A stretch of 64,000 nucleotides of DNA from Octopus sinensis (Eukaryota), in contig NC_043026.1 of assembly GCF_006345805.1 (NCBI RefSeq), positions 4,464,001 to 4,528,000 on the forward strand, given 5' to 3'. Positions 27,472-40,689 of the stretch are shown in pieces; position 1 is the first letter of the stretch; every line of letters begins with the position of its first letter. Under the pieces are notes generated by a model. The model was given only the letters and a program-made list of their open reading frames with translations, was not told the DNA's origin and did not search any database. A program made the position numbers and the translations under genes.

Positions 27472-27565
27472 TATATACATATATATACATACATATATAT
27501 ATACATACATACATATATACATACATATATACATACATATAACATACATATATATATATATATAC

Positions 27566-27601
<36 letters not shown>

Positions 27602-27753
27602 CATACATACATATAAATATACATACATATATACATACATACATATATACATACATATATACATACATATATATATACATACATATATACATACATATAT
27701 ATATACATACATATATACATACATATATATATAATACATATATACATATATAT

Positions 27754-27791
<38 letters not shown>

Positions 27792-27924
27792 TATACATAT
27801 ATACATACATACAATGGGCATCTTTCAATTTCTGTCTACCAAATCCACTCACAAGGCTTTGGTTGGCCTGACTCTGGAACCATGTAGTTGGTAAGCAAGC
27901 TACTTACCACACAGCCACTTCTGC

Positions 27925-27925
<1 letters not shown>
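27065..27925 (-). mobile_element. SINE family A copy with a ~550-bp expanded internal microsatellite
   Basis: Tail at ~27065-27260, (TA/TACA)n at ~27265-27812, head part at ~27815-27925. Confidence 0.8.
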
Positions 27926-27960
<35 letters not shown>

Positions 27961-28899
27961 ATATATATACATATATATATATAATATATAAATATATATA
28001 TATATATACACACACAAACACGACTATTTTCAAGTTTTATCTTTCTTTTTATTCCAGACTTTTCATATTTTTTTATGAGCTTTTTACAGTTGGTTCGGCA
28101 CCATTAGGCCCCTAAATCCCTATTCCAGCATTTGCATATCTTCACATTTCTCAATTCTTGAAAATGAGACCATGAAATTCTAGAAACACTGGATATGGAC
28201 TTAGGAACTTTATTGTTCCAAACCAACCGTAAAAAGCTCAGAGGAAAATATGAAAATTCTAAAAAATGGTAAAATTTCAACATGGTCATGTGTGAGTGTG
28301 AGGGTGTATTGTGTCTAGCCACCTTTGTTATTTCTGAATTTTCACTTTAACCTTTTTGCTGAATCATCCATTTATTCATATGGTAAATATTATTATATAC
28401 CGATAAGTAGGATTTAGCTCAACTATCAGCGATGGAGTGATCACTAGTGGTGATCTGTTGAAAGTGAAACTAGCATGCTAGGATAGTGGAGCTCCCTCGC
28501 TGTGGGGCAGTTGTCTCCCCTGTCAGTACATAAGCCAATGAGCTTTTTATGGCTGTAAGAATCTTTGCCTCTCGTCTACCCTGCACCCTCAGTCACAATT
28601 AGTGACTATTGAATGTTTTGGTTTTTGATTGTATATACATACATACATATATATATATTAGAGAGAGAGATCTGTAGTGTTAAGTGGAAAGCTCCGACTG
28701 AAAGACAAGTTTCCTCTGAAACACTCAGGAATCTTGAAGCAGACGTAACAAAGAAACGGAAATAACACATAATACTTTCACTCTATATTACAACTACCAT
28801 TCCCTTATCTTAATGTTATGCCAGTCTGAATATTCCCAGATTACCGAGAGTGGAATTTGTGAATATATATATATATATTAGTGACAGAGGCCGGTATTA

Positions 28900-29728
28900 G
28901 TGACAGAGAGGTAATATTTATTCCCATTTAAACATGGGATGTTCTGTTAGAACAAACTATACTGTGGTAGATGCCATGAGAGAACCTCTCCCATATTGGC
29001 TTTTGGTACAAAGTACACACTTGTTTATATCGCTAGTAGGGAGATAAATCCCTGCCACCTCCAACACTGAGGTCACCAGATCATGTGATTTCAACCTTCC
29101 TTGGTCTCATCAGTGATGGACCCTTGACAGCTAGAGATAGCAGCGAATCATCTTAGTGCCAGCAATGTATAGAATAAATAGTGCTGAAACAGGTGCCAGT
29201 GTTGTGATTTGTCAGTGAGCTTGTTAAAAAGTACAAAAATAATTAGGGACAGAGGCAGTATTGATATTGAACGGCAATATTTATCCCCGCTTAAACATGG
29301 GTATTCTGTTTGGACAAACGATACTGTGGTAGACACCACGAGAGAAACCCCCATATTGGCTTTTGGTACAAAGTACACTCTTGTTTATATCGCTAGTAGG
29401 GAATAAATCCCTGCCACCTCCAACACTGAGGTCACCAGATCATGTGATTTCAACCTTCCTTGGTCTCATCAGTGATGGACCCTTGACAGCTAGAGATAGC
29501 AGCGAATCATCTTAGTGCCAGCAATGTATAGAATAAATAGTGCTGAAACAGGTGCCAGTGTTGTGATTTGTCAGTGAGCTTGTTAAAAAGTACAAAAATA
29601 ATTAGGGACAGAGGCAGTATTGATATTGAACGGCAATATTTATCCCCGCTTAAACATGGGTATTCTGTTTGGACAAACGATACTGTGGTAGACACCACGA
29701 GAGAAACCCCCATATTGGCTTTTTGGTG
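28900..29728. repeat. Tandem duplication with a 359-bp period: two near-identical copies plus a diverged partial copy
   Basis: The same ORFs recur at 29209 and 29568. Confidence 0.92.
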
Positions 29729-32700
29729 CAAAATGCAATCCTGTTTGTAATGCTTTCTGTGAGGGATAAAACCTTTTGATTCTCATTAATTTTTCACTCT
29801 GCAGCTAGCCTAGAATGAATTATCCCTATCTTAGAGAAGTGGCAACACTAAGTACTGCTCTGCATATGGGCTACTTGCACGAAACATTGTCTGATATAAA
29901 TAAACATTTTTAGTTATTTCTTTTTGTTATAAAGTCAAAATAATACAAGTTGATGGTTTCTAGCTTTACCTTGCATTTCAATATTGCAGAATTCAGATCC
30001 CTTCTTCAAAACCAGGTAAAAGCAGGAACCATCAACCTGTATTCTTTTTTTATAACTTGCATTGTTTTGTCTCCATAATTAATAAAATAATTAAAACATT
30101 ATGTTTGTATATATACATTAGCTCTTTTGATACCAACCTGCCTGAGGACTAACCCTAGATCTCTGATACAAAACTCTAGTGCTAAAGTGATCTATATCAA
30201 AACCTTCTGTCAAAATTTTATGTTAATTTATGCTTAAAAAAAGGCTGAATAAAAAATATATTTTGATAAATTCTTGATTATTTTCAAATTAACTGAAACA
30301 AAAGCAGTGCATTTTAATAGAAATATAGTAATGAAAGGTTAACTGGTTGAAGCTGGAGCACTGGACCCAATAGGGTTTCCAGTCCATCATTTTAGGTCCA
30401 CTCCTTATTCTGGGATTTATTTTAGCCTTCCCTATTTATCAACTGACTACAAGGGACACTTGTTTGTTTTCTTTTTACATCATAGAAGGAAAATCAGCTG
30501 AGTTTTTGTATTAACAGAGAATTGTGTTCCCTGTTCTTAGTTCAGAACTGAAACTAAAAGGATAACCTTTTGATTAGGGATCCCTACTTTGACTAAACAA
30601 GGTTATTCCACTTTAATGGAAACATTAATAAAACAGTACTTTTTCACTTAACTGCATCTCATGCCAGTGTGAAGCCTTCACCATAAACACACACACTTGT
30701 GCAGTGTCCATCAACCAAATTTCCCTTTCCTTGGCATTGGGTCATCTGAAAGCTACAGCAAGAGACAAATGCCAGAGTGTAGTGGAATGGCTATTCCGGA
30801 TTATTACATGGTTGCAAAAACGAACATTGTAGCAGCAACACATTCCTCTGACACAAGACAGGTTGAGTTAACCCTTTAGCATTCCGATTATTCTGTCAAG
30901 CGTAAAGCTTATTTATCCACCACATTGCTTTGAATTAGCCGTTCTGTATCAGGTAGCATTGGGATTTTGAAGGTATGATTGTATATATTTTGACTGATCT
31001 GGTAGGGTAGGTATGAGAAACTAGATCTAGGAGGTTTGAACGTAAAACAGGTAGCATGTTCTGGTTGGTTTAAATGCTATGGACAACAGATGCTAAATGA
31101 TGATGAGGATGATGGTGAAGCCTGCTTTATCTGGCCCCAAAACTCTTCCTGTTTTACATTCAAACTGACCAGATCTAGCTTCTCACACCTACCCTACAAT
31201 GTCATTTGATAGCTAAACAGTCATACGATCAAAAAGTCAAGGCTATGCAATAATGCATGATTAGTTCAAATCAAGGTAAATAAATAAGCATAAAATCAGA
31301 CAGAATAACCTGAATACTAACGAGTCAACCTAAAGTACAATTAAAGTACAATTAAAGTGCCGAGTTCATCAGAGAACTTCCTATGCTACACTAAAAGAAC
31401 AAGCAGTGCTTCCTTGAGTCAGTGGATCTCATTCACTCGCATGGCCTATATTAAGAAATTTTGAAGGGAAAGTGTAGTTGAGTACCTATCCCAGAACTTG
31501 ACCAATATTTGATTTGATGGACCTTGGACGGATGAATGACACAGGATCATTAATAATTAAAAAGTGGATTTTATAATTGGCAAAGATGACTTTTTATAAA
31601 ATTACAAGATATTTCAATAACACAGTTTGATTAAAATATTTTTACAAACATATATATTTTAAAAGATATAAAAATAAATATTCAGAAAATGTATTCTATA
31701 AAATGGGATTTTAAACCTAGCACCCCCAAATTCTCGACAAATTAATATATAAGAAATAGTTCCTCTTTGCCATTATTAGTGTTACCTTAATTAAGGAGAT
31801 ACTGAATACAGAATATACAGTAGTCAAACATTATGTGTATAGTATAAAGAAATTGAAACTTTTTTCCCCCCACAATTCTGTGGTGTCTGCTGTCACCAGA
31901 CTTAAGGTCTCTTGAGAATGAGATATTCTTAATTTATAAACATTTAAGAATTTTAATTGCAACTTTTTCAAAGTAAGGATAGTTCAACCCCGAAGCAACT
32001 TATGAGGCTCCAGGGGGAGTAGATTCAAGCTTCCATTTTATAGAATATATTTTTCAAATACATATACATACATATATATATATATATATATATCACATAT
32101 TATGTCATATGCATATATATTTTACAAAAACAGAGATAAAGTCAGAGCAAACTGAAAAGAAATTCATTAAAATAAAATTAACAAGTTTCCATAAACTAAA
32201 CTTGAATAAAATTTCATTAAAAAAAAACAATTCATTTTTATTTTACCAATTTAAAATTTTAGATCAATTTCAAATTGCTAAAATAATTGGGGATTTTTTT
32301 TTTTTTTTCAGTTTAAAATTTCAAATTTATAAAAGATTCAATAAAAACAAAATGGATTTTTTAAAACTGGTATTCAAATCCAAACACAATCTGAAATTTG
32401 TTCTCTTTTTTCTTTTGCCAAATTTGAGTATCAGTTCCATCATTGATTTATTCAATTTAATATCTTTTAGAAGATATTATTTGATAGCTTATAAGGAACA
32501 CTTTATACAAAAGCCAAAAAATGTTCTAGAAACTTTAACCTGCATCTTAGGATCTGTAATGCAGTGGCTTAAGAAAGGACCTTCAAAAATTAAGGAGTGC
32601 ATTATAAGCTGGTGTACCTTGTAAGCCATCAAATATGATTTAATGTAGTCTCTGTGTGTCATTTTATTGGAGCTGATTTTGGAGTTTTGTTGGGAGTAGC

Positions 32701-32879
32701 TTCAAAGAGATTTTGAACAAAGGAAACCCAATAAATCTTCAAAATTAGAATCAATAAAATTACAACAAATGTTACATGTTGCACAGGTATTGAGTGCGCT
32801 ATTTAGTGAATGTGCATTGCTTTTATGTGTTTAAAAAAAAAAAACGTTTCAGAATAAATATGTCTATCCTAAAGGATGA

Positions 32880-33123
32880 AAGGGACCTCCTGAGCCATAG
32901 ACTCATAAGGGCAGTTTCCCAGATTTTGTGGCATATTTACTCCCCCACTTGGATGGGACGCCAGTCTATCACAGGATTACTCAGTTTTGCCAGCTGAGTG
33001 GACTGAGCAACATAAAATGAAATGTTTTGCTCAAGAATACAACACATGACTCAGTCTCGGAACAGAAACCACAACCTTACAATCCTGAGTGCAACACACT
33101 AACCACTAAGCCACGAGCCTCCA
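32880..33123 (-). mobile_element. tRNA-derived SINE family E
   Basis: The reverse complement reads tggaggctcgtggcttagtggttagtgtgttgcactc (tRNA-like head); the body contains ggatgggacgccagtctatcacagg on +. Confidence 0.65.
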
Positions 33124-33847
33124 ATATAAAAAAAAAAACCCACCCAAACTGAACACACATACCTAGGGGTATGCACGTTGTTAGTTCAGGGGTGGATTTT
33201 GTTTATACACCTGAAGCTGCTTGTAATTTCCTATTTGAATTTTTTGCATGGCATGAAACGTTGGGACTTGCCAGCAGATGGTTTATAAAGCATTTAGCAT
33301 AGAGCCATGGCCAGTCATATGTATAGGTTGCAGTGGGCCTCGTTTGGTCTGCAACACTGAAAAGTCACAACAACGACGAAACATGTGTCTGTTGCTCAGA
33401 GAAGAGACCTGAGGCGAGTTGTCTCGTTTGACCATGTGACTTACTTTCAGGTGTTTTTAACACCAGGCACACTGAGAATATATTTTCTTATGCCTAAAAA
33501 CTGCAGCTGACCCATGCACTTGCAACACACACATCTTTGTGGATATGTGTTTGGTTTTGTTTACGTATCTCAAGCTATTTTGATATATATATATATATAT
33601 AGATATATATACATATATCTAACCAGCACAGATTTTTATCAGTCAACAGTTGCAATCTTAAAGCGCTGAAAATATTTTGACAAATTACACTTAAATGTTA
33701 AAGTGAATCGAACGGCTTTTGTGTGTTTCTTAAATGGCTTATAAACACCTTCCATGCTGCAATTGTTTTTGTTTCAGCACACGATTTCAGATCAAATCAC
33801 TTGCTATGCAAGTACATCTCCGTAATATATATATATATATATATCAA

Positions 33848-34191
33848 TAAAATAATATGTGACAATTACTCAATAATCAAGATAAAACTCTGAGTTTCGG
33901 ATGCCGAAGTGGAAATCCACAACACCATCTCTTCTGTTATCTGGTCATCTGAAAAACGCTATGAAAAAATACTGTTATATAAATTTTACATGTTTACTAT
34001 TAACTTTTAATCTTAATTTATATAAGTAGCAGAATTATAATACAGTAATTTCCCTTTATATAACGGTATTTTTTCATAACATTTTTTCAGGTGGCCAGAT
34101 AACGGAAGAGATGGTGTTGTGGATTTCCACCTCGGCATCTGAAACTCAGAGTTTTATCTTGACTATTGAGTAATTGTCTCATATTATTTTA
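33848..34191. repeat. Fold-back element with ~136-bp arms (33848-33983 and 34055-34191)
   Basis: The arms are reverse complements with few mismatches. Confidence 0.9.
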
Positions 34192-34582
34192 CAGATAAAT
34201 TCCTCTATTTACATAATATTGAGGTCTCTTTCTTTCTTTCTTTTGTTGTCTTACCGTTTTTACCAATATATATATACACACACAAAAATGTACACAATTC
34301 CTCATCTCTTAAATATAGAACTGTATACACACACACACACATAAAATTAGAAGCTAATGACTCCCCTGCCACTCAGGCAAGTGCATGTGTCCCAGGGTTT
34401 GCCATAAGCATGGTAAAACATCTATTAATATAATACTGTGTTAATGATGACTAAATGCACTTCTCTTGATTCACTTTCCTCACACCACTGCAAAATCTGT
34501 TTGGCACAATATTTCATTCAACCAGCTGCCAAACATTTAATTTTTGAAAATTGATATTTCAAGAGTTCCTCCCTTGCTCTTA

Positions 34583-34933
34583 TCTTTATATATAAAAGAG
34601 AGGTTGTGTGTCTGTCTGTCTCCTACGATTTAGATCCCTAACTACTCCCACATTTTGCGGTGCAGTTTAACCAAAACCGGGTATCTTATAGTCGTGATTC
34701 ATATCGAGCCCTTCTGGGTATTAGCGCACGTCTACGATGAGGCTACGATTTTAAAAAAAATTTACCATAAATTTTTCCCATTTTTAATGCATTTTTGGCA
34801 TATATAAGGGAAGTATCTCTCTAGAGAATTATTATTAAATCTCAGAACGTAAAAAGCTACAGTAACCCCCCCCCTTTGTGCTTATATAGTTATTTCCCTT
34901 ACAAACCCGAGCAACGCCGGGCGATACTGCTAA
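34583..34933 (+). mobile_element. Non-autonomous Helitron
   Basis: 5' A|TCTTTATATATAAAAG; 3' hairpin cccgagcaacgccggg followed by CTAA|T. This fits TC...CTRR ends inserted between A and T. Confidence 0.8.
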
Positions 34934-35640
34934 TTACTAATAATTTTACTGACACTCCTTAATTACTTATTTCTTCATCGCAATTATTTTCGTTAGTAAT
35001 TAATTTGGGTTTAACACTAAGTATGGTTAAGTAAACTGAATAACATAAATTTATGTTACATATTATAAACAGACATCAGAGTACACCCTTCCAACACGAT
35101 TGTATCTGAGTACTTTTGTGGTTTTGAAGTACAACATTTTAAATGTGAGATCTTATAAATATATATATGTGGTTTGAATGCAAGTTGACCGCATTCCAAA
35201 AATTCTTTTGTATGGTCAACAAGTGGAGGGATATTGCAGTTAAGGTAGACTTGCCCTTAGGTATAAGGATAAGTTGAAGCAATTACTAAAATTTCTACAG
35301 CTCAACTTGACATCTTAGGAAACTCTATTGCCCAGACCAATTTGCATGGTGTAAAATGTGTCACGATGCATCACAACAATTTGAGTTGAGGAAAAAGAAC
35401 AATAAAAGAATTCTATCCTGCAATCACCAGAAAACCCAATCCCAGGCAAAATCAAATTCTTCAGTGTCTCCATTGTGGTTTCATAGTAAAATCCATTCCT
35501 CAACTCAAATTACAGTCAGGCATCCAATTACTTGCAGATTTTTTCCTTCTTTCTTTTCTTTTTTCTTTAAATCTTCTCCTTCAAACACTCATGTCGAAAT
35601 TGATGGGAGCAGAGACTATCACATATATATATATAGGCGT

Positions 35641-35800
35641 GGCTTCTTTCAGTTTCCGTCTACCAAATCCACTCACAAGGCATTGGTCGGCCCGGGGCTA
35701 TAGCAGAAGACACCTGCCCAAGATGCCACGCAGTGGGACTGAACCCGGAACCATGTGGTTGGTTAGCAAGCTACTTACCACACAGCCACTCCTGCGCCTA
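35641..35800 (-). mobile_element. SINE family A, 5' half only
   Basis: Shares diagnostic variants with the 25433-25815 copy. Confidence 0.85.
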
Positions 35801-36997
35801 TATATATATATATATACATGGTAATGGTTTTATGTTTGGGTATTCACCCTGCAGTATGCTGTTTAAAGCCCATTCACAGTATTTGGCTACCTGATGTCAA
35901 CAAGAATATGGAGGTATATGCCACTGGACTTACTTCAGGAGTTCCTTTGTGTCTGTGGAATTTATAAAATATGACAAAGAATTCATGAGATTTTTATTAT
36001 TCACTACAACTGCTTTGACCCATCCTCCACTGGTGCCTCACAGGTGAGATGCTATGCAAACAGTTCTGGTGCATTGAATAATAAAGAATCTCATGTATTC
36101 CATTTACCTTCTCTCATATTCATATACCTAGATACATTAATTAATTTGAGGTAAAAAGGAGCCAAATTGATGTTACAAACGTTTCTATAAATAAACCATG
36201 CTTATTATGCAATATATGCAACATAGGTGACAGCGTTAATGTTCATTCACTTCTTCAGTCAAGTTAATTATTATTCGCTCTGTGACCCTTCTTGATATGC
36301 TAGATCATTCTTTGGATTTGCCAAGTGCTCCTTTTTTATCCTTAACTTAAATATAACTGACCTTTGTTTGGTTATTGCAATACTTTGCTTGCCAGGTTCC
36401 TACATGAGGTGAATGCATGGATTGTACCTAACTCTTCGAGCCATGAAAAATAATACTCACTACATTAAGTAAAGTTTATAAATCTGTGCAAATCTGGTGA
36501 TTCATTCAGTCTCTACTCTGAGTTTTGTGCATTATACATTTATTCCACATATATGTGTGTGTGTATGTGTGTGTGTGTGTGTGTATATATATACACACAC
36601 AGGAAGGGCATCCAGCTGTAGAAACACTGCCAGATCTGACTGGCCTGGTGTAGCCTTCGGGCTTGCCAGACCCCAGTTGAACCGTCCAACCCATGCTAGC
36701 ATGGAAAGCGGACGTTAAACGATGATGATGATGATGATGATATATATAATTGATATAGGATAAAACTTTTTTCGGGAAAAAATTTTATCAATGGCCAGCA
36801 TATCAAAAAATGCCTTTAAAGGTAAAATTTATACATAATTTACAAGATAAGGGCAGAAGAAAAATTCTAATGCCAGATACGCCGAAACAAAAAATTGTCG
36901 ATAACCATTAAATTTATGCGTCTCGAAACAAACCGATAGAAATCTCTAAAAAATTTGTTATTACCGTATTGGTCCAATTTCTTCTGCCCTTATCTTG

Positions 36998-37062
<65 letters not shown>

Positions 37063-37673
37063 TCTGATCAAAATATTCTACAGGTTTTATGTTGAAACCA
37101 GCCAGAAGCAACCTCTCACACCTACCCTACAATGTCATTTTGGAAATAAAGAATCACATCATGAAAATCTCAAAGCTACAAGATAAAGCATGATTAATTG
37201 AAAACAATGTGATTAAATGAGAATTACATCTGACTGAGTAATCTGAATGCTAAAGGGTTAACTGGCCAAAACTTCAAAGTCACTATCAATAATATTCTTG
37301 TTTAACACTCATAAACATGTGTTTGTGTGAGTATGTGTATACATACATACATACATACACGTGCTTATATCGAGCAATAAGAACAAGTGCTCAACACTGC
37401 ATTGGGTAAAGCTGCAAAGTGTGCGTCTGTGAATATGTGTTTGCGTGTGGACGAAATCAAGGTGAAATTTTAAACTGAAAAAATGAAAATAGGCACAAAA
37501 TATCCACCACCCAACTAATAAATTATATACAAAAAAGAGAGAATGAAGTAGAATTCAAAGACAGAATGTGAAAACAGTTGAAGATTGCCTCTCCCCCCAT
37601 GGTTACCCATCCTTAAAAATGGAACAAAAGAACTGCTGCTGTAGGAGGAATGTCTGTGTGTTGGGTGTCTTAC

Positions 37674-37796
37674 CTGCGTCACAAACTTGGTTGTAGTGTC
37701 ACTTAACATCTTTAACATTGGTGTGGCGTGGGCGTAAAATAGTGACATCCGATTAGCCGTTTCATTAGACACTTCAGTTTCACCAGCCTCACCATC
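37674..37796 (-). CDS. FAM49 (CYRI): CYRI/FAM49 (CYFIP-related Rac1 interactor) internal exon, 41 codons, phase 0-0
   Basis: [41 protein letters not shown] matches recalled human [36 protein letters not shown]. Splice sites are ttggcag| and |gtaaga. Confidence 0.93.
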
Positions 37797-37831
37797 CTGC
37801 CAAGTAGAAATACATCTTCTTTTATTCTTTT

Positions 37832-38426
37832 CTCCTTTCTTTCACTTGCTTCAGTCATTTGAATGCAGCCATGCTGGAGCACCACCTTAACCCTTAGTGT
37901 TTAAACTGGCCATATCCGGCCAAAATATGCTCCCTCTTTTATGTTCAAACCAGTCAGATATGGTCATTCATAGCCACCTAATTGTGTCATTTTAAAAAGA
38001 AACAATCACATCATTGAAATCTCAAAGCCATGAAATGATGCAAGATTCATTTTACATGGTGTGAATATATAAGCTTTACATTTGACAGAATAATCTGAAT
38101 GCTAAAGGGTTAAGGGTTTTTTGTCAAACAAATCAACCTCAAGACTTATTCTTTGTAAGCCGAGTACTTAATTTATTGATTTCTTTTGCCAAACAGCTAA
38201 GTTATAGGTATGTAAACACACCAACATCAGTTGTCAAGCAATGGTGAGGAGGACAAACATGTATACAACAGGCTTCTATCATTTTCTGTCTACCAAATTC
38301 ACTTACAAAGCTTTGCTTGGCCCGAGACTATAGTAGAAGACACTTGCCCAAGATGCCATACAGTGGGATTGAACCCAGACCCATGAGGTTGGGAAGCAAG
38401 CTTCTTACCACACAGCACGCCTGCAC
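37832..38426 (-). mobile_element. SINE family A copy interrupted by a MITE
   Basis: The SINE tail sequence is split at TTAA (37887-37890 and 38110-38113). Confidence 0.8.
37891..38109 (+). mobile_element. piggyBac-type MITE with TTAA target-site duplication
   Basis: ttaa|cccttag ... ctaaaggg|ttaa. Confidence 0.85.
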
Positions 38427-38959
38427 CTATATATATACACACATACATACATACAAAGTGTGGGGGTTTGGGTTACAGGTGATCTAAACGATTAGGTAAG
38501 CTAGGTAAGTGCTGTGACGGACTATTCCAAGGTTATAGCTGAGACGATAGTTATGGAGTCATTGCAGGTTTATGATGCAGTGGATATAAAATTGTTAAAG
38601 AGGACAACAGACATTAAGGCAAGCATCTCAAGTCATATAAAATATTATTATTATTGGGAAAAATTACCAAAAATAAGTCCTAGGGTCAAAGCTGTTTCTG
38701 GGATATCCCCGAGTATGGGATGTTCTGTCATCAGAGAGAGATAGGGAAAATTAGAATGGTATATATTAATGAGATGACAACAAAGAGGAAGGTAGTAAAA
38801 GAATAAGGAAATGGAAAGGAAGGAAAAATGAAAGAAAAAAATGAAGAAAAAATGAAGGAAAAACGAAGGAAAAAAAAGAAGGAAAATGAAAAACAAAGAA
38901 GGAAAATGAAGGAAAAAATGAAGGAAAAAAAAGGAAAAATGAAACATAAAAGTTCATAG

Positions 38960-39878
38960 AAAGAAGAGCATGAGTCCTTAGGTGCAAGGAGAAAGAAGAG
39001 CATGAGTCCTTAGGTGCAAGGAGAAAGAAGAGCATGAGTCCTTAGGTGCAAGGAGAAAGAAGAGCATGAGTCCTTAGGTGCAAGGAGAAAGAAGAGCATG
39101 AGTCCTTAGGTGCAAGGAGAAAGAAGAGCATGAGTCCTTAGGTGCAAGGAGAAAAAGAGCATGAGTCCTTAGGTGCAAGGAGAAAGAAGAGCATGAGTCC
39201 TTAGGTGCAAGGAGAAGAAGAGCATGAGTCCTTAGGTGCAAGGAGAAAGAAGAGCATGGGTCCTTAGGTGCAAGGAGAGAAAGAAGAGCATGAGTCCTTA
39301 GGTGCAAGGAGAAAGAAGAGCATGAGTCCTTAGGTGCAAGAGAAAGAAGAGCATGAGTCCTTAGGTGCAAAGAAAGAAGAGCATGGTCCTTAGGTGCAAG
39401 GAAAAGAAGAGCATGAGTCCTTAGGTGCAAGAGAAGAAGAGCATGAGTCCTTAGTGCAAAGAGAAAGAAGAGCGTGAGTCCTTAGGTGCAAGGAGAAAGA
39501 AGAGCATGAGTCCTTAGGTGCAAGGAGAAAGAGAGCATGAGTCCTTAGGTGCAAGGAGAAAGAAGAGCATGAGTCCTTAGGTGCAAGGAGAAAGAAGAGC
39601 ATGAGTCCTTAGGTGCAAGGAGAAAGAAGAGTATGAGTCCTTAGGTGCAAGGAGAAAGAAGAGCATGAGTCCTTAGGTGCAAGGAGAAAGAAGAGCATGA
39701 GTATGCCACAAACAAGAGGAGACCAAGGACAGATCCCTGTGGTACACCCGATGACATCTCATATGGTGTAGAATGCTGTCCTAGAAGAGCATGAGTCCTT
39801 AGGTGCAAAGAGAAAGAAGAGCATGAGTCCTTAGGTGCAAGGAGAAAGAAGAGCATGAGTCCTTAGGTGCAAGGAGAA
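38960..39878. repeat. 32-bp minisatellite (aagagcatgagtccttaggtgcaaggagaaag)n with an embedded RT fragment at ~39700-39785
   Basis: Period 32 (gagca at 38966 and 38998). The embedded segment on - reads GQHSTPYEMSSGVPQGSVLGLLLFVAY. Confidence 0.92.
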
Positions 39879-40177
39879 CTTGAGATGTTTGTGTTGCCTA
39901 AATGTTTGTTGTCCTCTTTAACAATTATAGAGAGAGAGAGACATCTTCATCATCAGCATCATTTTACAGTTCACTCTTCCTTGCTTGCATGGGTTGGAGA
40001 GTATTCGTGGTCTTAGCATTCCTCACCAGTTTCAGAGTAAGGTAATATTTGCCCACAGCCAGATATATTTTCCAAGGAAGAATGGAAATGAAGGATAATG
40101 CTTGTAGGAGGGTGACACTCATTTATAACAATCTCACCTCCCGTTGAAACGAGGCCACAATAAAATACATACACATA

Positions 40178-40582
40178 CAGGTGTAGCTGTATGGTAAAAC
40201 ACTTGCTTCCCTATCACATGGTTCCGGGTTCAGTCCCGCTGCGTGGCACCCTGGGAAAGTGTCTTCTACTATAGCCTCAGACTGACCAAAGCCTTCTGAG
40301 TGGATTTGGTAGATGGAAACTGAAAGAAGCCCATCATATATATATGTGTGTGTGTCTTTCTTTGTTCCACCACCACCACCACCACCATTGCTTGACAATT
40401 GATGTTGGTGTGTTTCTGTCACTGTAACTTAGCAAAAGGGACGACAGAATAAGCTTACAAAATAGGCTTACAGAATAGGCTTACAAAAAATAAGTTCTAG
40501 GGTCAATTTCTTCAACTAAAAAAACCCTTAAAGGCAGGGCTCCAGCATGGCCACAGTCAAATGACTGAAACATGTAAAAGAA
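40178..40582 (+). mobile_element. SINE family A copy (diverged)
   Basis: Family motifs present. Confidence 0.8.
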
Positions 40583-40689
40583 TATGCATCTACATCAATG
40601 AAGTGTGTGGAAGAAGCCCAACGTTTCCCTAAGGATCAAAATCTTTTTTTTCCCCCTCACTGACTGGTTTTGCCCGTTCCCTGCAGTAC

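Noticed and set aside
29928-30055. Small imperfect hairpin element
   Set aside because: Short arms with no diagnostic motif; probably a degraded MITE.
32109-32624. 171-aa ORF with a possible exon in its 3' third
   Set aside because: AT-rich low-complexity sequence, no recognisable homology, and a weak donor site.
35932-35950. Possible 19-nt FAM49 micro-exon on - (ccacag|...|gtaagt)
   Set aside because: It does not match the expected next FAM49 residues and would shift the frame.
36841-37000. Short inverted repeat (~25-bp arms) with gccgaaac, as a possible hammerhead
   Set aside because: The inverted repeat is real, but the core is too degenerate to support a ribozyme call.
38960-39878. 32-bp repeat as CRISPR repeats or a repeat protein
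   Set aside because: There are no spacers, and the unit length is not a multiple of 3, so no frame is maintained.
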